In this document: piece by piece, positions 53,590-64,000 of the stretch
Position numbering within the stretch: the first letter of the stretch is position 1
How the letters are laid out: every line of letters begins with the position of its first letter
From: Antedon mediterranea
Taxonomy: Eukaryota; Animalia; Echinodermata
Assembly: GCF_964355755.1 (NCBI RefSeq)
Contig: NC_092671.1
Location: 32,994,304-33,058,303, forward strand
Length of the DNA: 64,000 nt
Reading direction: 5' to 3'
Translations under genes and position numbers: made by a program
Notes under the pieces: model-generated
Databases searched by the model: none
What the model was told of the DNA's origin: nothing
Seen by the model: the letters and a program-made list of their open reading frames with translations, nothing else

Positions 53590-54145
53590 ACTTTTTACTG
53601 ACTCAATTTATCCACCGAAAACTTCAGTAAATCTTAATCTCTCAGATTGAATCCACATCTAGGTTTTTAAATAGTAATAATAAGTTTCTCCTGACTCATT
53701 TTATTCCCTGGAAACTTCAGTAAATCTTAGTCTATTATTACATTTAATCCACATCTGTAGTAATCTATTATTACATTAATACCATAAACGAGTCCTCCAA
53801 GTGAAATTGATCACAGATTTTAAAATAAAACTTATATTATTTACTTTCTCCTCACTCATTTTATTCCCTGGAAACTTCAGTAAATCTTAATCTATTTAGT
53901 ATAATTTCATTTAATCCATATCTGTAGTAATCTATTATTACGTTAATACCATCAACCAGTCCTCCTAGTGAAATTTATCACAGATTTTAAAATAAAACTT
54001 GAATATTTACTTTTCCTGACTCATTTTGTTCTTAATCTTCTTCTTAATCTATATACAGTATTTAATCCATATTTGTAATCTATTACGTTAATACCATCAG
54101 TGAGTCCTCCTACTATAGTGAAATTTCTCACAGCTTTTTCAATAA
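53590..54145. repeat. ~160-bp tandem repeat, about 3.5 diverged copies
   Basis: ctcattttattccctggaaacttcagtaaatctt...gtgaaatt.atcacagat recurs at ~53695, 53855 and 54020. Confidence 0.85.
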
Positions 54146-54359
54146 AGGCCAGCCACTAATTAAACACATTGAGGAGGAAGGAAGCAAAAAATCAGCGTAA
54201 TGCACCGCTCCAAGAGCTGTCCTTGAACTGGGCTGACGCGGCGGATATCGAGGCATGCCAAATCAAATTAACATCTTTCCCAATGTTAAAACGTCTTGGT
54301 GATGAAAAACATTAACAGATGGACAACCGAAGAAATAAAAATCACTAGATAAAAGTCCT

Positions 54360-54588
54360 CAATTCAGATAAAGGTCCAGTGTACACAGTTATATAACATG
54401 TGTGCACTTTAAAGAACCCAGTTCATTATTCGAGAAGAGTAAGGGGTTATCCTTGTGAACTGGTTCACAAAATAGCCCCTGTATCAGGGAGTTTACCACC
54501 TATCTGATAGGACAGTGATTAATTTACTATTGGTAATCCTTGGCCACGTTGCCTAAAGACATAAAATAAAAAAATAAAAAATAAAAAG
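54360..54588 (+). mobile_element. SINE fragment (Nin-domain-like) with A-rich tail
   Basis: gcactttaaagaacccagttcattattcgagaagagtaagggg core and (A)nT tail. Confidence 0.55.
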
Positions 54589-57500
54589 GACTGATTTGAT
54601 GGATAAAGTTGTTCACTTTCTGTTTAAATTACTATCTTCACTTCACTTAAGCACTATTAACTATCTTGACTTAAGCAAAAAGATTGATAAATAGTAGCCC
54701 ATGATTTTAACACAAAACCTTAAAACAACCAAATAAAATTTGCCACCACTTTTTATTAAGCAAACTGAATTTAATGAACCATAAAAAACGACTACAGAAA
54801 TAGTCTTTCGACAACTTCAAATTTGTAAGCTGTTATCAATTTTTCAAATGCATTCATACCTAGAATTATTATATTCTAAGTTTGCAATGTGTTTTTAATA
54901 ACTCAACACACTTTCCCCAAGGCATATCATGCAACATTGCCAGTAAATTAGTCGTCCATTGCAATGCATAATATTACATCCTAAATGAACATTAAGAATT
55001 TACACATTAAGTAATATTTCATATTTGTGTAAACACGAAAACTCAAATAAAAAAGTTCAGGTACTGATATTCGATAGCCTAACATTATAGTAAAATGATC
55101 TGTATTATACAGGTGAGACATCCCCTATTCAGGGAACTGTGAAACAGACTAGAAGAAATAATATAAACTGTTAGAAGAAACAATATACTTTGTTGAAAAA
55201 ATATTTTATGCAAAAACACTTTTTTGTCATTAAATTTTAATTTAAAGTCATCTGGTATTACTGATATAATTAAGCAATTCATTCATTCAATTTTCATTAT
55301 GGAGGATTTGTAGAAACTAAGTTTAAATTTGAATTAAATATTGAATTGAAATAAATAATCAGATATGATATTAATACGATATATATGAAAAAGTATAACC
55401 TTTTGAATCTAACCTGCAAATCTATAAATTAGATATCTTTGAATTTTAGGATATGACTGACGTTAAGTCCTATTCTGCACAACGTGCACGTTCCGTAATC
55501 AGCCACACCAACACAGACTGAGTACAGAACTGTACATTAACGAGTAATTATGTCCATAAACATTAACTTTCGTTTTTGGTGACCACAAGGGAACAAGTCA
55601 CTGATTCTTGAGAGGTTTAATCATATCCAGTCAAAATGAACTCCTAAACTTTAGACAAACGTGAATCTTCGCTAGCGTTAACAACATTGACAGTTTTTAC
55701 AAATCTGTATCATTTCTAATTAATATTCTGTGTATTGAGAAGTAATAATATGTCCATATTTCAGCTATTATATTAAAGTTATGAAATTGATAGACATGAT
55801 GATATTTCAAATTAGATTTACAGTAGGTTGTTTTAATAATTAATATATTACATTGTATACATAGGTTGATGTTTAAGTAATGTGATTTAATGATAAATTG
55901 TAAATGCTACAAAAACAAAACAAATTGTATGACAATAAATTTCTTCTGAGATCAAGACGAGATTCTTTGAATACCGGAAACATTTTTAAAACACTTTTTG
56001 GAAAACCAGACATTTTGGGCTAGGTTGTCTGGTTTGGTAAAGTTAACTGTACTTGTGGGTGCTGAATTATTTTAAGGTTTTTGGTTTAGTGGGTACTAAG
56101 GTGCTGTGGATAGGTGTCTAAAGCTTTGTCTGCACTATCAAACTTTATGTTGATGTACCCATATATGAACAGAGGATGTCATAATCACTACCATTGGACA
56201 CATCACACTTTTCTTGTCTAGTTAGATAGTGTAGACAAAGCTTGACTGTAGGTGACTTAGCGTTGGTACTAGGCATATTTTAAGGTGTGGGTGATTAGTT
56301 GTAAGTAATGAAATTGCGAGCACATGATTTTATAAAGTTTGATGCTGTCATTTTTCGAATTTAGGATTCATATATGAAGAGGTATGAAGAAAATAATTGA
56401 AATAAAATAATTGAAATGAAAATTATTTTGTATTAAGGATGATTCTCCACAAAATAGTTTTTAATTTGAGTCTTTACTGAGTAAGTTACAAGCAAGACAG
56501 ACAATATTTATATTTTTGATATGGTCAGTAAAATTATTTGTTTGTGAGACTTCAATTAGTTTTAATGAGATTAAATTAAAAGAGGAAAAAGATCTCAAAG
56601 ATAAGGTAATTTTTTCATGGAAGGGCGAAATATATTGAAAAGAGTATGATGAAGCAATTACAGTAGAACTTGTTTGGGGTAACTCTATTCAGGATATAGT
56701 ACCCTCCCATTGGATACTAAAGGTGTCCCTTTAATAGGGGTTCTACATAACTGTAATTACAATATTAAATTTCTAAAATGAAAATCACCCAAACCGAATG
56801 CTCTTTATATTCCAAGATGAATAGCGTAACGGATGATGATGAATAAAAAGGGTGTAAGTACAGAATGTGTAATAGCTAAATGATTCTTTAAAAAAAGGCA
56901 ATTACCCCACCTGTTGAAATACTCATGAGAAAGGTGTATTCCTAATTATCACCACAAAGACAACCAAATTCTGACAAACATACCTACTGAGTCAACTACG
57001 CAGATCACTGTTTATTTTCATAATATCAATCGTGACAAAAAACAAACGAGGCCGGTGAATCGGTGATCGGTAATTCTCCTTTGAGTTGTACTTCAGCTAG
57101 TGTCACAAGATTGTGACAACGCATTTGTTGATTAGGGACATAACAGGTGTTTGCACAACAGAGGGTGTAAGTGCAAAGTGATTGTGAAGTGTATCAATTA
57201 TCGCAACAAATGATCCAACGACACTCGCGCTTTTAGGTGTGTGGATCATCATTCCTTTATTTGCTTTCGTTTTTTTTTGCTTTTTCATGATTTTAGCCGA
57301 CTGCTGTTAAGTATTTGATTAAGCGCAGTGAGACCTTGTTGTCAGTTGGGTGTAAGACTGGCTTCCCACGGGAGGACTGTAAAACAAGCTCAAGTATTAG
57401 TTATGAATAGTTTATTTGTACAAAGTTATTAGTCTGTCCACGGCCATTCACCTCAGCCGAGCAAAGAAGGTGATGCACTGCGTTTGATGATTTATCAAAT

Positions 57501-58489
57501 ATAGAATGATATAACGGTGAACTGGTTAAGAACACATCTAATAAAACTAATGATTATGTTTTCTGTCTGTTTCAATAATTATTACTTGCATTGTATAATT
57601 AATGGAATTGATTATTATAAGTTCTTGAATTTGTGATTACAACAATCTCAAAGAATATATTGAAGTAAAACATGATATATGACTACATCCAAGATTATGT
57701 TGCTGTAATATAGTAGAACTGTTATTAAGGTAACACCTCTAAGTATAGGATATCCCCTGAACCTTAGTGTTAATATATATCTGACCACATTCATTCACAG
57801 GAAGTGTTTTCTTAAACACTTAAGGTGTCCCCTGAATAGAAATTTTGGTTTTGCTAAAATTTTAACAGCTGACATGATGACTTTTTGGGTAAATCTAATT
57901 TTTGACTTCTTTTAAATGTAACATTTTGAGTTGAATTGTAATTTTCTAAATAAAATGTTCTTCACAATGTACTTTAAAAACAGAAATTTCAGCTGGTGTA
58001 GTAAACAATTTGTGCAAATGTAATTGAGCGGTAAAGTATTTTTTTTATTAAATTCTTTCTAAATATTCAGATTATGTAATTGCAGATGATGAATTGCATA
58101 TTTTTCATGTAATTTCTGTAATTTTCCTGTTTTGATTTGAACTTTGGAAACTATCCATGTTAGGAAATGTCCCTTTAGATCCTTTAATTAAGCATGTACT
58201 TTCCTATTTTTCCATTGTTTCACTTTTCTTTACAACAGTTTAACATTTTTAATATTAAGGCCAGCTAAGGTGTTTTATAAATTATAATGTATCGAGAACA
58301 AACACATGATTCAACTATATACAATGAGTGCTTTACTACTGTACTATAGCCAAAAATTCCCATAACTTTTAACTAACTTTATGTTTAATGAATAATATAA
58401 TTTTAAATATGAGATTAACAGACTGTAGTAAAACTATTAAAAAATAATAGTACAAAGTACTGTACTGTCCCAAAATGGGTTCTATTTAA

Positions 58490-58824
58490 AGGTGTAATAA
58501 TTCTTAACATGTTTTTGTTGAATATGCTATTTTAATTTCACCTAGTTATCCATTTTGAAAAAAAAATTGGATCGAGAAAAAAAAATCTATTTACCTAAAA
58601 TCTGTAATTTTCAAAAAAAGGAAAAAATAGTCAAATTGGCTGCCAGCAAATGGGTTTTTGTTGAATTTAACAATTTATTTTGTCATTTTATAAGTGAAAA
58701 CATTAATTTTTGCAATTTTTTTTCTACAGAAGTTATTGACTTTATTAAGTTCTACTACAAAAGAATCTATTCAAAGTCTGATTTTATTAATCTCTATTTT
58801 CATGTGTTGGGGGACAATACATCT
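58490..58824. mobile_element. Kolobok-like non-autonomous element
   Basis: TTAA|AGGTGTAAT ... AATACATCT|TTAA. Confidence 0.5.
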
Positions 58825-60129
58825 TTAAGCCTCATATAAATTATGTATAGTCAACTATTGGGTCCAGTTTTTAATTCGACCTATGAGAATCTAGGATTTG
58901 ACAAAATTGGTTAGCTTATTTCCAGGCATCTAAACTTGGACAGGCTTTTGTTTCTTTGATTGAGTGATGTTTCCGTTACAACTAAAGTACAGGGAAATTA
59001 ACCTGGTGTAGTTACATTTCCTACAATATAGGTATGGCATGGAATACAGCCATGTAAGGCCTAGTTATAGTATTGGCACCTGGGCCATAATTTGTTTTCG
59101 TATGTGCTTTAATCATCAGAGTAGTTCTTTTATTTCATGAAATGGACCGTAAAGAAAATTGTAAAATTGACTTAAAAGATGATTTGATTACAAAGCAGGT
59201 TTGATACATTTTACCACTGGACCTATGTCTTATTTCTAATAGATCTTGGCTACCTAAAAAGAATATTAAAAAAAATTTATACTACTGTAACTAATTATAC
59301 AAATTTAGTCAAAATATATATGTTTTATGCTTCTAGGCTCCTGTCTCTAGCTAATTCAGCTATGACATCTGCAAGGCACAGGTCACTATTACACTGCTAG
59401 CTAAGCTAAACAAACAAGAAAGACGCTTCCTTTATATTCATGGCACTCGATTCCGCAGGGACCGACAAACTCGCTTCAACCACCTTGCTTTGAATGTTCA
59501 TAAAAACAGCACACAACATTTAATGCTAATTATATTCAATGGATTGTGTCAGAATTTTCCTGATTGTTACTATGATCGAACCCAAATATAATTTTATTTT
59601 TGGCACATAAATGTATCACATGACATTGGGAGTTTACGGGACAAAACCCTAGACACCCCCGGGTAGATTATAGTGTTTCCTCATCTAAACCCTAGATGTC
59701 GTCCTAAATTTAACATGTGCAATTACATATCGTATAATTCTATAATTATTTCTTCCAGCTATCCATCAGAATAGCGTGTCAGGTATGTCAGCCAACGTTA
59801 TGTGTGCTAATGTCAGATAAAAGAAAATTATTAATAAATTAAAGCTGTATTTTTATAAATATCGGCAAGGAGATATAATATTATGAAAACAGGAGGATAT
59901 ATTTGCGTTACTGTTAGTTTTCTCGTAAACATGTGTACGTTAAAATGTAGACATTTGTGGATTAAATTTGTAATAATATTAATATTTAATGAAATTGATG
60001 AATTTTGATGTTAATTTTATTCGTTTTTAATCGAATATAAGAATTCAAAACAAAATTTAAAAGGAATACATACACCAGCATGTATGGATTGGAGAATTGT
60101 GGAGATATGTAATTTAAACACAATTTTAA

Positions 60130-60780
60130 GGGAACGTACGACCTTCGTATCTTAAATTTATATAATACTGTAGTGAATTTATTCTAGTCGGTTCCGAGCG
60201 TATGCTTTCTCTGGTGTATTACTCCACGAGACCGTACACAGACTAAAAGTGATTCCACATACAAAAGTACATTCTACTACTATATCATTTTCAGAATTCT
60301 ACTATAATCATTTCAATAATGCCTGCAGCATCATCTTCTTCTACGTTAGCACATTTCATCCAACATTTTAAATAATGGGAGAGCTCATTCAGCCACTCCC
60401 TTATGGACATATCTTTAACTCTGTTTGAATTCATATTGTTTGATTGGGCGATTGTGGGTCACATGGCATGCAATAATACGCACAATTTAATGATCATGTA
60501 ATAGTACTTTTTTTCATTTATTGGTGTATGAAAAAAAAACTTCTCGCGTACAGAACAAAAATATGTGCGAAATCCAATAGTTGCACCGTCTGTTTTGCGA
60601 ACGGAAGCAGCAATGTGCTTTACGCGATATTTCCTTCACAAGATAAGAACAATTTCAATGGCAAAGACAATGAATCTACTAATGAATGCTTTATATTCGT
60701 GCTATGGTACAAATAATTTTCATCTTTCACCTTTCGAAATTATTTACACATTAATATTTGTATACTAACGCACCTGTTCC
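60130..60780. mobile_element. Kolobok-like non-autonomous element
   Basis: TTAA|GGGAACGTACG ... CGCACCTGTTCC|TTAA. Confidence 0.45.
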
Positions 60781-61489
60781 TTAAAGTCATCCTGATAGAT
60801 GTGTTACTGTATTACATCAAAATTATCTTAAGTACCTCCTATTACATTAATGGTCCTCTTTATCGTCCTATTTTATCTTAAGAAAAGATTTCATTTCATT
60901 TAATGCAGAATAACTAACACTGTCTATTTGTAGGTATAAATAGGTATAAACATTTATACAAAAGCATAAATTTAGGCTTAATTAAATTGTTTCATGAAAA
61001 CCACTTCATTTTAGAATTTGGCAATTGAATAAACACTGATTTATTCAGTTGATTTAAATCCAAGTTAAAAAAAAAATTGTTATGAATCATATCATTTCAA
61101 TTCAATTAATTCTACTGCAGTTACTACATTTTTAAACTGCAATATTTTAATTATTTCAATGTAGAAGTTTATGAAGCAGTTAAACAGTGTGTATTAGTAT
61201 TACTCTACAAAAACCAATTGCTAAAAAAGAGTATGGTCCTTTTAATAGTTTAAATAATGTCTTTTTTTCTATGAGTGTTTCAAATGACTTTTGATATGTA
61301 CACTCAAATTGGTACATAATAAATGCCTCCAATAGTAAAGGACAGGGAAAATCCATAAAGTTTTGTTGATTCAAGTATACCTTATTCAATGAATTGATAG
61401 ATTGATTGATTTGATCTAAGTACATGACTTTCCAATCAGGAAAATGCTCAACTCTCTGGTGGGCACAATGTTGTAGCCAGCTGTGACCA

Positions 61490-62215
61490 CCACATAAGCA
61501 ATTGTACCTCCCAGGTACCTTACACTATTAAGGCCAATTTACACAGACGAGCGGTAACGGTAAGCGGTAATTGTAGGCGAAAAACCGCGTGGCTTTTCCC
61601 ATTTACACAGCGCGAACGTGGTGGAAATTAGGTGCGTGTAGGCTTTGAGGCTAATGCATGAATCAGTCACTGCTTGCCTGGATGTGACTGACAGTCAGTA
61701 GGCCTAGCACACACAGACCTAAGTTTTAGAGGGACTTGTTGCCTAATAACGTACTAAAATGTATATTTTCTTTTCACTATCTTTATACGAACAATTAGTC
61801 ACGTCGTAGGTGTTTGTATTTCTGAATAAAAAGAAGTTACAAAACTAGGCTAGGCCTACTACGGCACTTGTATTTATTGTCGTCTTTGACTTGGCGGACG
61901 CAAAAAAAAGTTGTTTGGCCAGAATCTATAATTACCACGCGGTATTTTCACAAAATCGAATCTGTTTCGATCCTTAGCAGATTTCCACTCAGCCGCTGCG
62001 CATTCTGTGTAAATGGTCATAAGAAATAACATAGATTCTATTTTTGTGTTTTCCGCTCACCTTCACCGCTTACCGTTACCGCTCGTCTGTGTAAATTGGC
62101 CTTTAAGTAGAGAACAAAGTAGTGTACTTAGTAGTAAAGTACCTTGCCCAGACAAAACAGATGGTGGGTACCAGGCTCGAACCTATAACCTTATGATTAT
62201 AAGGCCAAAAAACAA
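61490..62215 (-). mobile_element. tRNA-derived SINE interrupted by the 61531-62102 MITE
   Basis: ccaggtacc..|..agtagaga..gtaaagtaccttgcccag..ggctcgaacc (reverse B-box at 62174-62183). Confidence 0.55.
61531..62102. mobile_element. Young PIF/Harbinger-like MITE, 572 bp
   Basis: Perfect 38-bp TIR AGGCCAATTTACACAGACGAGCGGTAACGGTAAGCGGT with TTA TSD. Confidence 0.93.
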
Positions 62216-62626
62216 CAGGTGCCTACTTATTCAATTTCATACAATATGGTGAATGTGAAGTTCTACCATATTTTAAATAGATAGTAATAATAATCATAAA
62301 CTTTATATATAAATATTATATATGGGTGTTTCCATAAATTAAGGGGCCAGTGGGTATTTTAGTATTGGTGATAGTTAGTTTGCTGTTTACTCTAAATTGG
62401 TAATAGTTATTTAAAAAATGATTTTATCATATGATAGAACAATAATATGGGTTAATACTATTACATGTTGGAAAAAAAAAAATATATCGTGGTGTCTAGC
62501 TCATTTTATTAAAATATGTGTGACATTTAAATACACTGACATATCAGAGTTTAAAAAATATACTACAGCAATAGTTATTTTGTATTTATTTATCATCACA
62601 ATAGAGTACAAAGCAACGTTAAATAT

Positions 62627-63512
62627 AAGCTAATTACAATTTCCCACGATTTTTTGTTTTCCACACAACGGTCCGCGACGTCCAGCATCACAACGTAACA
62701 TTTCGTGTCTCACTTTGTTACGTTGTTAGTACGATCTTTATTAGTGAACAGACACAAGAAGTACCACTATAATGACGAAAATCGAATTACATTCACTACA
62801 ACAGATCACTGAAATTTACCTTACACAATGTTCTACAAAATGGCGATTTTATTTAGTCAGTTACAGACGAAAAACTATTTTTTTAGAACATTTCGTGTCT
62901 CGTATATTCGTTACGTAGTTATTCATAGACCATCGGTGGTGAACGCCGCGAGAGCTATTTCTGAAGTTGAAGGTCACGTGATTCAAGAAGCAGGCGAACT
63001 AAAGTCTCGGCGAAAAAATCATCGCTAGGATCCGCGCTAATTTCGAGTTACAGCGGTAGAGACTTTTCGTGTCCCTCTGTTACGTTGTTTCAACTGTTAG
63101 TGTTACGTTGTAAATAACTTCTACGCGCTTCATTGCATGTAAGTTTTGTGTATTTTTATTTTGTAAGTTTTTAGAATTTAGAAAATAGTGGGTTATAATG
63201 AAAAATACAAGAAAATTAAACGCCAAAACTATCTTCGTACTCTACGTCAACATCATAGTCAAAAACTGGGTGTCGTATACACAATGAGACACGGTTACGT
63301 TGGTAGTTTGTTGATATTTGTTTTAATGTGGTAGGAATGTTGTTTATCTCATAGCAGCTTCATAATGTATACTAAATAAACAGATATGTCTATAATTGAT
63401 TAATATTTAACAAATTAATGAGCAAAATTGCAAAACATTTTCCACTAGGCAGGTTACAGCGTAACATCGTAGAAGATACGCCGTGTCTTGTTACGTAGTG
63501 TACTAGACCTTA
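62627..63512. repeat. CpG-rich probable transposon derivative with repeated CGTGTCTC..GTTACGT motifs
   Basis: Motif at ~62704, 62894, 63068, 63286 and 63481; right end GTACTAGACC-TTA. Confidence 0.4.
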
Positions 63513-64000
63513 TACTGGTGTAGTATTTTGCAAATAATTAGCAATTAGTTACCATAAAATCTTTAAATTTTACATTATGTGTTTGCTATTTGGTTATTGC
63601 TTCTATATGACACAGAAAAATAAAAAGTTATTTAATTATTGTCACAAGAAATAGGGATAAAAGTCCATAGTTTACAACCACTTTCAGAATAAAAACAAAT
63701 TCGTCGTTTTTGACTATTAGTGTAGGCTGGTATGTTGTTTATATGAATGTCGTGTATATTTTTTGTTAAAAGCAAAGTTTGACTTTATTTCATATCTTGA
63801 TAATATAAGTAATGAAAAAAAATATGTTGCCATTTTTTCAAAAGACATTTAAAGGACCAAATTCAAGATGGCCGCCAACATTCAAATAACCCTATTAAAA
63901 ATCAGAATATCACCAATAATACAAATTATGAATGTGGAACAAGTCCGTTTTGATGGTATTACTGTACCCATTATACAATCCTAACTATGTAAAGCGATAA

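Overview
AT-rich metazoan genomic DNA with spliceosomal introns, most consistent with an invertebrate deuterostome; nothing prokaryotic is present. (1) A complete + strand DLK/LZK-family MAP3K gene (MAP3K13-like), reconstructed by hand as 14 coding exons from 15057 to 40676. All introns are GT-AG and phase-compatible, giving 2718 nt and 905 aa, with the palmitoylation Cys, kinase domain, two leucine zippers, SDGLSD hexapeptide and C-terminal TW. (2) The convergent last coding exon of an Ikaros-family zinc-finger gene on the - strand (52635-51871). (3) A frameshifted, intronless sulfotransferase-like pseudogene between the two genes. (4) Many non-autonomous DNA transposons (Harbinger-, pogo/Tc1- and Kolobok-like), SINE fragments and minisatellites. 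Four observations stand out. First, 31-33 bp CA..TG hairpins with 7-bp target duplications that look like P-superfamily excision scars. Second, strong enrichment of TACAGTA/TACTGTA, the Tc1/mariner footprint. Third, a Penelope-type minimal hammerhead repeat whose two inverted copies bracket the ATG-kinase-zipper exons, a possible circRNA geometry. Fourth, a ~1.1 kb array of AATAAA signals just before the SDGLSD exon, a possible route to a short inhibitory isoform. All functional interpretations are hypotheses from manual reading of the sequence.
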